This document shows positions 1-15,029 of a stretch of DNA of 64,000 bases, one piece after another. Source of the stretch: Octopus vulgaris (Eukaryota); NCBI GenBank assembly GCA_951406725.2, contig OX597826.1, positions 47,988,001 through 48,052,000 on the forward strand, written 5' to 3'. Position 1 is the stretch's first letter. Each line of letters starts with the position of its first letter. A program made the position numbers and the translations under genes. The notes beneath the pieces are model-generated. The model saw only the letters and a list, made by a program, of their open reading frames with translations, was not told the origin of the DNA and did no database searches.

Positions 1-934
1 AATACTGGAGCTTAGAATCAGTTTCTTTATAAGTTAATCCAAAAAGGAAGGGATGCCTCATCTCATTGAAGAATATTTCAGATGGGTGAGAATGATACGG
101 TTGATGTCTAATTTGAACTTCACATTAATGTTGATAACTCTAGAGTAGCCTGCCGCTATCGACACACTCCTCTGAACTCTTTGATTATTTTCATTCTCTA
201 TTCCCAAAGGGGAATCTTTCTCAAAATATTATAAGATTATTAAACAACCAATGTCTTATGCATGTAGGAGGTATTTGGCGCAGGAAGTTTATTGAGGGTT
301 ATTTTCTTAGGCACGAGAACCAATATACATTCAGTTGTACAGGGGTTGCAGTGTTTCTCGCTATCTAACTAGGAGTGTGCCCAAGCTAGTATTGTTCCAT
401 ACTGTTATCAGTTTATTTTCTAGGAAAATAAGGTAATACGATAATTTTTCTTTTAGTTATTTTTCCTAAATTCTCTATTGCATTGCTCAAAGCATTTTTC
501 ATGCATTTATTTCATATAATAATGTTAATGAATCTTTTGATTAATGTTCTCAGAAGAAAAAAAGACTTGAGTGGGAAGAGGATTCCAGAATATGGTGGAG
601 AAAGAACGAAAAGTATTGGAGAAGTATTGAAGTATTTAACTTCTCTTTAGAAGTTAGATGAGTAAATACAAATACTGATTGGTCGGTGAGGCCATAGACA
701 TTATATATGGGTGGGGATTGTGTATACATGTGTGAGAGAGAGAGAGTACATATATATATATGTGTATATATAACCGTTGGTGAGCTTTGTTATATGATAA
801 CAAGCGATTACATCATACAGAAACCAGAATCAGCAAAAAGATGAACTTTGCTGATAAAAAAAGACAAACGAAGGATTTCTCTCAAAAACAGAGTCGTGAA
901 ACTCTGAACAAAAAGATGCTGGAATGCTATCAGC

Positions 935-974
<40 letters not shown>

Positions 975-1269
975 TATAACTACTGCTACTATAAACACGG
1001 AGGCATACATACACACAGACACGTACAGGTACACATATAAACATATGCAGACACACACACACACACATATATTTTTTTTGCTGGTGTCGGATTCTAAATA
1101 TTAAAACATTTCCAGATAAATTTACTGCTTTATTTGTGGTCGACTCAGCCATTCTTGGAAGTATATATACCTATTAGCTGCGGTATCTCTGGAGTATATT
1201 TACGGCATATAGTGTTTGCAAAATTTTAAAGTCTTGTATATGTAGGTCGTAGTTTCTGAGGATTGTTTC

Positions 1270-1470
1270 TATAGAAATGAGAATCTGCATACTTTCATCT
1301 GTACATTTGATGCAGAATTTATTGTTACGTGACTACGAGTGTGCCAAAAGTGGTATGTTTCATCGTAGGTTTCTGGAATTCCCTGGTTTCTAGGCTCCAA
1401 ATGTAACTTGATAACGCCGTTTTTTAGCTTCTACTTGAGTTGGTACAAACGTAGCTTGAAAGTAGAAAAG
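1270..1470 (-). mobile_element. Degenerate Penelope-like element GIY-YIG endonuclease C-terminal remnant
   Basis: Minus-strand translation with frameshift/stops: KLRLYQLK*...TALSSYIWSLE...NKFCIKCTDESMQIL, resembling the PLE endonuclease C-terminal pattern TxLSxxIWxL...CxxCxxExxxI. Confidence 0.45.
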
Positions 1471-1678
1471 GTCAGCTCTCTATAAGCTTTCGGTATTTAT
1501 TAGTTTAGCACGGAGCTTTTTAAAGTTATACTTTTTTATACAGTTAGAGTTGAATGAAAACATATTCGAGTTGTGGCAGTTGTAGTTTTTTTTTTTTTTT
1601 TGTAGGTGCTTGTGTGTCGAATTGATTCAACTTAGAGTGCTTGACGAAAATAAGAGGAGTACGAAGTAATATTGTTTA

Positions 1679-1896
1679 CAAAGGGGTGCTGGAAAGTTCC
1701 TGGCTCTAAGGGTATCAAGAAAGGCCTCACAGCAGGCCCAATCTTCCGAGTCCTTATAATAGGGTTTAGAAAAACAGAAGGACCACTACAATGAGTGTGT
1801 GAATCTAAGAGGAGAATATTTTAAATAAAATCATAATTAACTGACCCTCCTGTATTTTCTTTTACCCAAAGCCAGGAACTTTTCGGCACCCTCTCG
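1679..1896 (+). mobile_element. mariner-derived MITE / internally deleted element (~218 bp)
   Basis: Imperfect TIRs aaggggtgctggaaagttcctggct ... agccaggaacttttcggcaccctct, TA at the left end; internal HYNECVNLRGEYFK* resembles a mariner transposase C-terminus. Confidence 0.7.
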
Positions 1897-2616
1897 AATA
1901 TAATCTACAAACACACTTTGCTACTTCTCAATTTATTTTCTGTCCTTGTGATTGAATGCACAGGTATTTTGTTTCGTAACTTCCAAACATAGTCTTACCT
2001 CATCGTTTTACTGACTCACTTCAAATATAAATCGATACAGTAAGTGCTGACTCTGCATATAACTCATTAAAATTATAATTTTTTTCGCCGAAATAAAACC
2101 CCTTCGTCAATTGTATACGCTATTCACCACGACCTAACTGAAGCCAAATATTTGTAATTACATTTGTGATAATTGTTGCTCCTGTTTTTGTCGTTGTTGT
2201 TGTTGTAGCTATGTCTATACTTGTAGCTATTGTTACAGCTTTCAGACGTGTTTATGCTACCAGAGCTTACGAAAGAATAGAATATTGCACCAGGTTTTTA
2301 TTGAAATAAAAAAGTACCTTAAAGATATAACGAAAATAGTTTTTTTCTTTCTTTACTCAATTCAGTCTTTATGGTTCGTCACAGTTTCAAGGAATTGGTA
2401 TCTTTCTCTAGTTCTATTTCCTTTTTATTTTCTGTATTTCAATTTCTTCTTTAAATGTCTCTTCATTGTTATCGCTGTAGACTTTCTAATTTACTTACTT
2501 TCAACTGATTTCCAAAAGAATTAACGTGACAAAATAGCATTTTTTCTCATGCTAAATAGAAAAAAGAAAATTAACGAAAAATACTTGAAAATTTTTAAAT
2601 CAGTGATGCGCGCGTG

Positions 2617-2619
<3 letters not shown>

Positions 2620-2712
<93 letters not shown>

Positions 2713-2735
2713 TGTGTGTGTGTATATATATATAA
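2620..2735. repeat. (TA)n(TG)n compound microsatellite
   Basis: Directly visible. Confidence 0.95.
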
Positions 2736-2823
2736 TACATTTAATACATACATACAGACAGATGTATTCGTGCATACATACTTACATACACACGTGTATA
2801 TATATTAAATATATATGTACATG

Positions 2824-2861
<38 letters not shown>

Positions 2862-3240
2862 TAGACACGCACGTAAGTATATGCGTGAAATATTATTTGA
2901 ATACAATGATGATGAGGACGACGACGACGACGATGATGATGATGGTAGTAGTAAAGAATGAATGAACGACTATCAATATTGTTTTGAAGATCTGTTGTTT
3001 GCACTTGATAAAATACTAAGTCAAGTGCAATGTCTTCTCGGACGAGATTTTAACAAGGAACTGTAACTTTCTTTTATTGTTAATTCGTTAACTTTCTTTT
3101 TAATCTTAAAGCCTTTGTATTTCTTGGAATATTGCACGGTACGATTTGCTACGTAGGTCTTCATTGTTCCTTTATATATATCCCTTCGTCCTTTTTTTCT
3201 TGCATTGCACATATCAATGTATATGTCGGTGTACATGTGC

Positions 3241-3283
<43 letters not shown>

Positions 3284-3426
3284 GTGTGTGCGTGTGTTTT
3301 ATACGTATTTATACACGTATGTGCATATGTATGCATACTGAATTAACTGAAGTATTTAAACAAAAGATTTTTTCTTTTATGATATGAAAACTTATATTTG
3401 CAAGAGTTTGTAAATTAAGTGTAGGT

Positions 3427-4023
<597 letters not shown>

Positions 4024-4025
<2 letters not shown>

Positions 4026-5400
4026 GCCCGACACCCAACATGGTTTCCGACCAGGGAGAAGCTGTTTAACTCAGCTCCTACAACACTATGACTGGGTGCT
4101 GAAACGGCTGCTCAACCACTCAAATGTGGAAGTGATATATCTCGACTTTGCAAAGGCCTTTGATAAAGTCGATCATGGAATGATATGTCACAAACTGCGT
4201 GATCTCAACATAGTTGGAAAACTGGGAGAATGGCTTCATGACTTTCTGAAGGATAGAAGTCAGGTGGTAGTAGCCAATGGGGCCACCTCCATTAACACAC
4301 AAATAGTGAGCGGTGTTCCGCAGGGCACTGTTCTGGGACCACTACTGTTCATAATGGCCCTCTCAGACATGCCCTCAGCCACGCAGAGAGCCACGATCAC
4401 AAGTTATGCAGATGATACAAAAGTTTCACAGGCAATACAGAACCCTGAGGACACTAAACACCTGCAATGTGAGCTGGACGAAATATACAAGTGGGCTGAA
4501 AAGAATAGCATGCAGTTCAATGCTGGAAAGTTTCAAGCTTTATACTATCAGCATGCAAAACTGAATGCAATACCCAATGAATACACTGGACCCGGAGGGA
4601 TTGCAATCCCAGAGGCACAATCAGTGCGTGACCTGGGTATTCACATGAGTGATGACGCGACCTTTCATGTACATGTTGCTAAACTGACAATGAAATGTAG
4701 ACGGCTGGCTGGATGGATTCTTAGAACCTTTAGAACAAGAGAACAAGAAACCATGATGGTCCTCTGGAAGACACTTGTCCTAAGCCACTTTGACTATTGC
4801 TCTCAGCTATGGTCACCATCCAGTGTCAAGTTGATCACAGAACTTGAGGCGATCCAACGAAGCTACACAAAGAAGATAGCCTCTATGCAGAATGTAAGCT
4901 ACTGGGAAAGACTCAAGAGATTAAAATTATATTCCCTGGAGCGTAGGCGGGAAAGATATGCCATAATATACATCTGGAAGATCCTGGAGGGAAGTGTCCT
5001 GAACTTTGGCATCGAGAGTTACGCAAATGCCAGAACTGGGCGCCACTGCGTGGTGCCTAGGACTCCAAACCTGCCATCAAGATGTAGGACAAGATTCTGT
5101 GATAGCCTGGGCTTCCGAGGCCCACAGCTCTTCAATATCCTCCCGAAGAACCTGAGAGACCTGCATGGGGTGGATACAGATGTCTTTAAAATGAAGCTGG
5201 ATCTCTTCCTGTCAGGTGTCCCAGATGAACCAACTTCACGGCAGGAGGGGCAGATGAGGGCAGCTGCATCGAACTCTCTCATGCACCAAATAGCAGTTGC
5301 TAGAAAGCCTCCATGAAGTGAAACCAAGTAGCAACACCAAATGGCGGTGCCCCAGCATGGCCACAGCTCATAAGCTGAAACTAGAATCAATCAATCAATC
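4024..5400 (+). mobile_element. 5'-truncated CR1-like non-LTR retrotransposon; uninterrupted RT + C-terminal ORF (4024-5316), short 3' UTR and (AATC)n tail
   Basis: Motifs [74 protein letters not shown]; ~430 codons with no stop; ends aatcaatcaatcaatc. Confidence 0.93.
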
Positions 5401-6512
<1,112 letters not shown>

Positions 6513-6880
6513 TACATGCACATATGCACACGTAAACAAGAATGCGTACATAAAATTCTATCCGAGTAATATAGGCATATGACGTTAAGAACAAAGTTTT
6601 GTCACTTGTAATACTGAGTGAAAACAATATCAATCACATCTTTCATCATTACCAGTTTACCAGCAAGCCTCCGAGCAGTTGTTGTCGAATTTACATACAA
6701 TTCTCTTTGCGAATATTACCTGGGGTCAAACAACATTTTTATCCGATTATTGACACTGAAATTTACTGATGACCACTGCAAACACCACTCAGCTGGGAGT
6801 CGTCATCGCGTAAGGGGGGAATAGCAGCTAGATGTCATGTTTCCTTTTAATTCTCTGTACAATAACATGTTTTCTATAAT

Positions 6881-7285
6881 ACTCTTACTCTTTACTCTTT
6901 TACTTGTTTCAGTCAGTTGACTGCGGCCATGCTGGAGCACCGCCTTTAGTCAAGCAACTCGACCCCGGGACTTATTCTTTGTAAGCCCAGTACTTATTCT
7001 ATCGGTCTCTTGCCGAACCGCTAAGTGACGGGGACATAAACACACCAGCATCGGTTGTCAAACAATGCTAGGGGGACAAACACAGACACACAAACATACA
7101 CGCACATATATATATATACATATATACGACGGGCTTCTTTCAGTTTCCGTCTACCAAATCCACTCACAAGGCATTGGTCGGCCCGAGGCAATAGTAGAAG
7201 ACACTTGCCCAAGGTGCCACGCAGTGGGACTGAACCCGGAACCATGTGGTTGGTAAGCAAGCTACTTACCACACAGCCACTCCTG
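6881..7285 (-). mobile_element. tRNA-derived SINE, family A (~400 bp)
   Basis: Reverse complement of caggagtggctgtgtggtaag...ggttcagtcccactgcgtggcaccttgggcaagtg (A/B-box-like head) through gtaaaagagta tail; about ten near-identical copies in the window. Confidence 0.9.
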
Positions 7286-8734
7286 TTCATCTTATATAAC
7301 AATGTGACCTGCAATTATACGTTCATACCATGAGGTTATTTGAAATTTTTTGGAGGATGATTGTCTATCACATTTATTCAAATTCTGCAATAGTATATGA
7401 AAGCATTTCTTTTTCACGCTCGGAAGAATGTAGCAGAGACATTCCATAAAAGCTACGTGTGTTTAGGAACACCATTCGATAATTCTACAGATGTTTAGGT
7501 TCATCATATTAGGACTCATTCCTTTTGTGGTTGTTTCATCAAATATGTCGATAATTTTCGATAATATATCGATAATTTTCACATTCATAGAATTAGCAAC
7601 GACATTTGTAGAGATAGAAGATTACTTGGTCTATGGAATTCGCAGTATAAAATGGACTGCCAAACACTTGATTTATCCTTTTCCGTTTATTTGGCACAGC
7701 ATGAATATCATGGCACAACTCGTTAATTATCTGTAAACCCATTCATTGAATGCTGTATACTAGGTCAGGTCATAACCGTGATAAATACCTGAAGATATAA
7801 GCGCTCACTTTTTTTTTATATTTTATCTCTGCAATTGCACTTTGTTTTTGCTAGGCGAATGTTGCAGGAACCATGAAACGAAGTCTTTAAAATGGTTTCT
7901 GCTAATTTTGTTGAAACTCCTCAGAAAAAAGACATTGAAATTATATGTCTGAAGTTTATATTCTTGTTCCATGATTATCAGCAAATATGCATGTTGAACA
8001 ACTCAACTCCCTTCAAGAATTCGATTAAATAAACCATGACGTTGACGTTACCAAGCACAATGTTCTTTATATAGTCTCTGGATAACTTCTTCCGTTTCAA
8101 ATTTATTATCCTCTTACATGTCCTGTGGGTATTAAAGAGCCTCAGATTCAAGAGTATCAAATCAATTTTGATCACAGGTAAATTTCATGAACGGATTTGG
8201 TTTTCCAGAGCAATGGAGGTCGCTCACCATCGCTAAAGTTTTTCGATGATCTCCAGCTGAGAAGATAAATGGAAGCACAAGAGACATAGCTACCGGTGAA
8301 GACATTTGGGGTGACACCTTCTAACTCACTGGAACCGTCATCCTTCAACGTGTAAATACCTTTCAAGAAAATACACGTCATTGATTGGTTGAAATCACCG
8401 AAATACGACTACTTTAACGTGAAATAACTTCCTAAATATAATCTTTTCTCAAAAAACGCTAAGAGTAAAAAATGTTTTATATGACACATTCTACTAGTGT
8501 CCGAAGTTTGAAAGTGTTTAGTTACAAAAAGTTATTTTTTATATCTGTCGGTCAAAACGTAAAGATCCTTAATTTCTTCTCTTCCGACTATAGCAGCTCC
8601 CATTTCAGAATCAGTGGTTCCTTCGTAATTACCAACGACCAAATACAAATTTTCCCATATAGAGTGGTAAGTGAGATGATATGTGGTACGTTATTAATTA
8701 ATACATGTTTAGTCCACATTACTCCGTAAGGAGC

Positions 8735-8948
8735 ACAGGTTTCCCGGTATATTTAGCCTGTATATTCCTCCCTGGACGGGAGACCGGCCTGTCGCAAGAT
8801 TACTAATTTTTACCAGCTGAGTAGACTGGAGCAACGTAAAATGAGATGTTTTGGTCAAGAAAACAACGCATCGCTCGGTCTAGGAATCGAAACCACAATC
8901 TTATGATCATGAGTACAACACCCTAACCACTAAGCCATGTGCCTCCAC
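8735..8948 (-). mobile_element. tRNA-derived SINE, family C
   Basis: Homologous to 36065-36315 and 60955-61205 (gtggaggc..tggcttagtggttagggtg...gtttcgattcc). Confidence 0.75.
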
Positions 8949-9011
8949 AATTAATAGTATGGCTAAGGAAAAATGCACCAGCGGAAAACTTCTACATTTT
9001 AAATTCACATA

Positions 9012-9417
9012 GGCGCAGGAGTGGCTGTGTGGTAAGTAGCTTACTTACCAACCACATGGTTCTGGGTTCAGTCCCATTGCGTGGCACCTTGGATAAGTGT
9101 CTTCTACTATAGCCTCGGGTCGACCAAAGCCTTGTGAGTGGATTTGGTAGACGGAAACTGAAAGAAGCCCGTCGTATATATGTATATATATGCATGTGTG
9201 TGTATATGTTTGTGTGTCTGTTTGTCCTCCCCAGCATCGCTTGACAACCGATACTGGTGTGTTTACGTCCCCGTAACTTAGCGGCTCGGCAAAGCGACCG
9301 ATAGAATAAGTACTAGACTTACAAAGAATAAGTCCTGGGGTCGATTTGCTCGTCTAAAGGTGGTGCTCCAGCATAGCCGCAGTCAAATGACCGAAACAAG
9401 GAAAAGAGTAAAGAGTA
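9012..9417 (+). mobile_element. SINE family A, full length
   Basis: ggcgcaggagtggctgtgtgg head to aaagagta tail. Confidence 0.9.
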
Positions 9418-9673
9418 TATTTCAGACTCTCACATAAGTAATCTTCTGTCGGATTATCCAAGCAATTAGTTGGAAAACTCTCCCTCGAGATATATTTAAA
9501 ACAAAGATAACTCCAGTATGATCATTTAATATAATTTCTGGATATATTAACAATAGAAATAGCAGTGGATTTACCCCTTAAAGCTAAGTGGCGAAAATAA
9601 AGTATATACTTCGGTCTTATTAACTCCCCGTAGCGAAGTATATTATATTCAATTGGCAATATTTATATGTATA

Positions 9674-10070
9674 GGCACAGGAGTGGCTGTGTGGTAAGTA
9701 CCTTGCTTACCAACCACATGGTTCCGGGTTCAGTCCCACTGCGTGGCATCTTGGGCAAGTGTCTTCTGCTATAGCCCCGGGCCGACCAAAGCCTTGTGAG
9801 TGGATTTGGTAGACGGAAACTGAAAGAAGCCTGTCGTATATATGTATATATATATATATATATGTATGTGTTTGTCCCCCTAGCATTGCTTGACAACCGA
9901 TGCTGGTGTGTTTACGTCCCCGTCACTTAGCGGTTCGGCAAAAGCGACCGATAGAATAAGTACTGAGCTTACAAAGAATAAGTCCCGGGGTCGATTTGCT
10001 CGACTAAAGGCGGTGCTCCAGCATGGCCGCAGTCAAATGACTGAAACAAGTAAAAGAGTAAAAGAGAGTA
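9674..10070 (+). mobile_element. SINE family A, full length
   Basis: Same family; followed by (GT)n(ATGT)n. Confidence 0.9.
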
Positions 10071-10072
10071 AT

Positions 10073-10152
<80 letters not shown>

Positions 10153-10336
10153 ATGTATGTATGTATGTGTGCATGTATGTATTTCAATTTGTATGTGTGT
10201 GTAATGACGTTCATTATATGTATATCAACAATATGGGTAATAAAAAGCGCATTTCTGTATTGCCTGAAAAAAAAATTTAGAATGAGTTATTTTGCTTGTT
10301 CTTTTTAGATTTTAAACAGCGCTAGAGGAAGGTTTT

Positions 10337-10728
10337 TATTCTTTTATTCTCTTATTTGTTTCAGTCATTTGACTACGGCCATGCTGGAGCACCGCCTTTA
10401 GTCGAGCAAATCTACCCCAGGACTTATTCTGTGTAAGCCTAGTACTTATTGTATCGGTCGCTTTTGCCGAACCGCTAGTTGACGGGGACGTAAACACACA
10501 AGCATCGGTTGTCAAGCGATGTTGGGAGCACAAACACAGACACACAAATATATACATACATTTATATATACGATGGGCTTCTTTCAGTTTCTGCCTACCA
10601 AATCTACTCACAAGGCTTTGGTCGGCCCGAGGCTAGAGTAGAAGACACTTGCCCAAGTTGCCACGCAGTGGGACTGAACCCAGAACCATGTGTTTGGTAA
10701 GCAAGCTACTTACCACACAGCCACTCCT
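10337..10728 (-). mobile_element. SINE family A, full length
   Basis: Inverted relative to the 9674-10070 copy. Confidence 0.9.
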
Positions 10729-10739
10729 ATTTACTAATT

Positions 10740-11124
10740 CTTTACTACTCTAGGCACAAGGTCCGAAAGTTTGGGGAAGGGAGCCAGTCGATTACATCGA
10801 TCCTAGTATGCAACAGGTATTTATTTTATTGACCCCGAATGGATGAAAGGCAAAGTCGATCTCGGCGGAATTTGAACTCAGAATGTAGCGGCAGACGAAA
10901 TACCTATTTCTTTACTACCCACAAGGAGCTAAATACAGAGAGGACAAACAAACGGATTAAGTCGATTATATCGACTCCAGTGCGTAACTGGTATTTATTT
11001 AATCGACCCCGAAAGGATGAAAGGCAAAGTCGACCTCGGCGGAATTTGAACTCAGAACGTAGTGGCAGACGAAATACTGCTAAGCATTTCGCCCGGCGTA
11101 CTAACATTTCTGCCAGCTCGCCGC
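10740..11124 (-). mobile_element. tRNA-derived SINE, family B, tandem dimer
   Basis: Two consecutive copies of gaccccgaaaggatgaaaggcaaagtcgacctcggcggaatttgaactcagaa. Confidence 0.85.
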
Positions 11125-11215
11125 TTGGGGTTTGTTTACTAATTGCTGAGATAAACATGTATATGTTTGATGTAAATTTAGGATAGCGAGTCTGTTTGTT
11201 CAAAGGCAGAAAATA

Positions 11216-11339
11216 TTGGGTTGTCCGGAAAGTTCGTACCGAGTTTTAAAGGAAAGAAAAAGGTCAATAAATACTTGCCATTACATTTTTAATCAACCAA
11301 ATATGAACCATTTTGTTGCACAATGCGTCTCCATCTTTC
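11216..11339 (-). mobile_element. 3' terminal fragment of the mariner family also at 31267-31831
   Basis: TA + ttgggttgtccggaaagt TIR followed by the reverse complement of ~31707-31831. Confidence 0.85.
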
Positions 11340-11509
11340 AATATACAGTACTTTGAACCTCCTTGAGTATTGGCCATCTTAGTTTTAGGTCAAATCCTGA
11401 GCATAATTTTCCTTTATTGAGATGAAACTTAAAGCTGTATTCTAGCTTTGAATACGCTTTAGCTTCGAATATATTTGATTTGAACTAAATTCAATAAAGT
11501 TGGAATTCC

Positions 11510-11915
11510 AGTAATTTGAAGTTGTCTTAAATTTTCCATTTGCACAACAAATTTGATACTTTAGAGACATTTTTATGCATTCCTACCAAATGGATATGTT
11601 TGTTACTCAGAATAAATTACATTCATATGACATACATGATACCTGTACTCATGCAGATCTTTATCTTCGGAATATCTCTTGTGTTTCTACTGATTCCTCG
11701 TCATCATCATGAAAGCTTAAACAGTGATGGTCTTAGTATTATTTCATCTACACACGTGACCTTGTTCTGTGGAATTTCTTCTGATTGTGCTATTGAAATT
11801 CAATTAGAAAGTCTTCCGGCAATTCGTGTAATAGTGTCTTCATTAGTACACAGCATTGGCTCCAATATGCATGCATTGTAGAATGGTAGTATTTGTACAT
11901 GACCAAGTCTTGTAA
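11510..11915 (-). mobile_element. Possible highly decayed piggyBac transposase C-terminus
   Basis: Fragmented minus-strand peptides (TR.W..FYN..HIGANA.VL, IAGRLF, HLVGMH..ICCAN) loosely resemble TRRWP..FYN..IAAxNA and the Cys-rich tail; requires several frameshifts. Confidence 0.25.
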
Positions 11916-12037
11916 AACTCCGAATGAAATGGTTTTTACTAATCAGCATTGTCTTCATTCCGTGTTCAAATATTTCTGAAGTCCTCTCTCTTTATGGTCG
12001 GCGATAGAATTACGGTCAATATTTTATTTCAGTTAAA

Positions 12038-12720
12038 GGCGGCGAGCTGGCAGAAACGTTAGCACGTCAGGCGAAATGCTTAGCGGTATTTCGTCTGCCG
12101 TTACGTTCTGAGTTCAAATTCCGCCGAGGTCGACTTTGCCTTTCATCCTTTCGGGGTCGATAAATTAAGTACCAGTTACGCACTGGAGTCGATATAATCG
12201 ACTTAATTTCTTTGTCTGTCATTGTTTGTCCCCTCTGTATGTAGCCCCTTGTAGGCAGTAAAGAATTAAGAAACGTTAGCACGCCGGGCGAAATGCTTAG
12301 CAGTATTTCGTCTGCCGTTACGTTCTGAGTTCAAATTCCGTCGAGGTTGACTTTGCCTTTCATCCTTTCGGGGTCGATAAATTAAGTACCAGTTACGCAC
12401 TGGGATCGATATAATCGACTTGTTTCCTTTGCCTCCCCTTGTTTATCCACTCTATGTTTAGCACCTTGTGGGCAATAAAGAAATAAGAATAGTCAGCTCG
12501 CCGGACAAAATACTTAGCATCATTACGTCTGACTTCACGTTTCGTCCGACTTCACGTTTCGTCCGACTTCACGTTTCGTCCGACTTCACGTTTCGTCCGA
12601 CTTCACGTTTCGTCCGACTTCAAATTCCGCAGAGGTCGGTTTCCATCCTTTCGGGGTCGCTAAAATAAGTACCAGTTGTGTACTGGGGTTGATTTAATCG
12701 ACTTGTTCCCTCCCCCCAAA
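12038..12720 (+). mobile_element. SINE family B, three tandem units
   Basis: ggcggcgagctggcagaaacgttagcacg (A-box-like) ... gagttcaaattcc (B-box-like) repeated head-to-tail. Confidence 0.85.
12531..12622 (+). repeat. 17-bp minisatellite (gacttcacgtttcgtcc) x5.4 inside a SINE B copy
   Basis: Five identical units with no spacers. Confidence 0.95.
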
Positions 12721-14562
12721 ATGGCTGTCTTTGTGGAAAAAGTGATTGGCTGAAGAGTATACAGTGGCAGAAACGGTTAGGCATTGGAATAAATGTTTTA
12801 TAGCATTGAATTTCGTATTTATTTATTCCGAGTTCAAATCATGCCAGCGTTAATTTCATCTTTCATGAGTTTGAAGACGTGAAATAAGCTCTTTGAAAGT
12901 TTACTTTGAAATTAATTCGTGAAATCCTGATTAAGATGCAGGATATAATGTTTTTTTGTTTGTAGTTCTATGCCCATTTTTTCTTTTTAGATAGTGTATA
13001 ATTTGAAGATGATCTAACTGGGGTTTCTTTCTAGAAATTGGAGTGTCAAACTTGGCTGTCTCCCAGGGTGCAGCCTGTCTGAGAGCAACATCTCATGTTT
13101 TTGGGATCTTTGAAATTTCAATGGGAAAGATATTAGAATAATAAAAACAAGTATTTTATTCCCATATTTAATTAATTGTAATTAACACATTAATCTTATA
13201 TATAAGAAGCTTTCAATCCTTGTAAAAAAATATATATTATATTAGTAATGGCGCAAAAGTTCGGTTTGTTCGAGGCGTCAGCTCTTTTGCAGCCTCCACT
13301 ATGTAAAGGTTCCTTCAAATGCAATATATTTTTTCTTGACCCCTAGGACTTTTCAATCTGGTCACTCGGTTTTCGTAGTAATTGAACAACATCACACCAT
13401 GCTCCAGAACGGGACAGCTCTGTCTGTTCATGATTCAAGGCCAGCGAATTTTTGAGAAAAAGACACGAAGATTTCGCTGACCCCTGTACTTTGCTGGTAC
13501 TTTATTTTATCCGTCCCCGAAGACACGAAGGGCAATGTTAACGTCTGTGGAAGACGTTATAGAATCGGAAGAAATGCCTCTAAGTATTTTGTCTGATGTG
13601 CTAATGATTCAGCCATCTCACGGCCGTATTTGAGCGTAGAGTGCACATAAAAGTAAAAGTCTGTTATGTGGAAGAATCGGTAAATCACTGAATGAAATTC
13701 TTTATATGGTCCCTTTTGAAAAGTGTTTTTATATTCTAAGTTTATATTCTTATCGAGGTCAAATTTACTTTCCATTGTTCTGTGAATCCTTAAAATAAAA
13801 TACCATCTCTGATTCATATCAAACCTTCCCTTTCCTTCAAATATGTGTCCTTGTGCCATTTATAAAAATTCTTCAATGACATCCAAGTTGTTATTGTGAT
13901 AGTGGTTTTCTTTTGTTTCCATTGTTTTCTGCTGTTTCTTAAATTTGTAACTGTCATTGTCTTTCTCAGCAGTCTTTATTGACATCGATCACAATGTACT
14001 TGGTGTTATTGTCGTTGTTGTTGCTGCTGTTACAGCAGTTGTCGCAGTCTAATTATAAATTCATTTTAATTCATTTATTAATGACTGAAAGCTTTATTTC
14101 TCTGACAAACATTTGTTTATAATGTTTATTACAAATTCAAATTAGGTTTCCACCAAGCCAAAATAAGCCAGCAAAAGCCTCGCTGGAGACATCTTAATTC
14201 CAGCAATAATGGAACTGGATTATCATTTATTAAACAATATTTGATATTATCGAAATGTACTCTTTCATACATTTTTTTCTTTTCTTTCCTTTCGTTTTTA
14301 TTATATTTTTTTGGTGAGAGTTTTATATTTAATTTTTATATTTTAACTTTTTTTATTTATATTCTATTTTCTTGTATTTCCCGAGACAAAAATCTTGGAA
14401 GGATCTAGCTGAGTTTTCAGTGAGAATTTAATGGATGAACGACTAGCTGCAAAATAGTTGCTTGAAAATGTCAAATAAATGAAACATTGTTATATAAAGT
14501 AGTATGCCGCCAAATGAGCAATCAAATATGACAAACTAGATAGTGTATAGAAGTGCATGTAT

Positions 14563-14789
14563 GTACGAAAGATGATGGTCTTCGCGCAAATTTACTGGTG
14601 AGTCCGCAGGTGACTGATAAGACCAATTCTTGCTCGAAAAGATCGGTCGCAGTGCGGACATCTAGTGCCGGAAGGGAGAGTCGCACGTGGTTGTTGTTGG
14701 CACTCCTTCCGTCGTCGTCTTTTCTCCTCCAGCTCTGCAGACCTTTTCGACTCGAAAGTCGCCGTTCCCTCATGGATGGTGGTTTTCCA
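14563..14789 (-). mobile_element. RTE-clade LINE 3' end with C-terminal C2H2 zinc finger
   Basis: Minus frame EGTATFESKRSAELEEKRRRRKE...CPHCDRSFRARIGLISHLRTHQ* (stop 14592-14594). Confidence 0.8.
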
Positions 14790-14978
14790 GAGTGAGCAAC
14801 ACCAACCGCTCTACTTGGCCTTTATCGACCTCTCCAAAGCCTTTGATCGTGTCTCGCGAGAGCTCCTCTGGGATATTCTCGCCTAGTATGGATGCCCAGA
14901 TAAGTTCATCCGGATCCTCAAACTCCTCCACGACAATATGCACGCCAGAGTCCAGACCGACGGAGGCAGTTCTGAGCC

Positions 14979-14980
<2 letters not shown>
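14790..14980 (+). mobile_element. RTE-clade LINE RT fragment, inverted relative to the adjacent 3' end
   Basis: EQHQPLYLAFIDLSKAFDRVSRELLWDILA*YGCPDKFIRILKLLHDNMHARVQTDGGSSEP. Confidence 0.85.

Positions 14981-15029
<49 letters not shown>

Noticed and set aside
7021-7333. Recurrent ORFs such as RRASFSFRLPNPLTR...GTEPGTMWLVSKLLTTQPLL
   Set aside because: Translations of SINE family A, not a gene family.
7330-8350. Short ORFs in unique-looking sequence (7491-7736, 7978-8175, 8172-8381)
   Set aside because: No recognisable domain or coherent splice pattern; possibly decayed transposon.
12531-12622. CRISPR-like repeat
   Set aside because: No spacers, eukaryotic context, lies inside a SINE.
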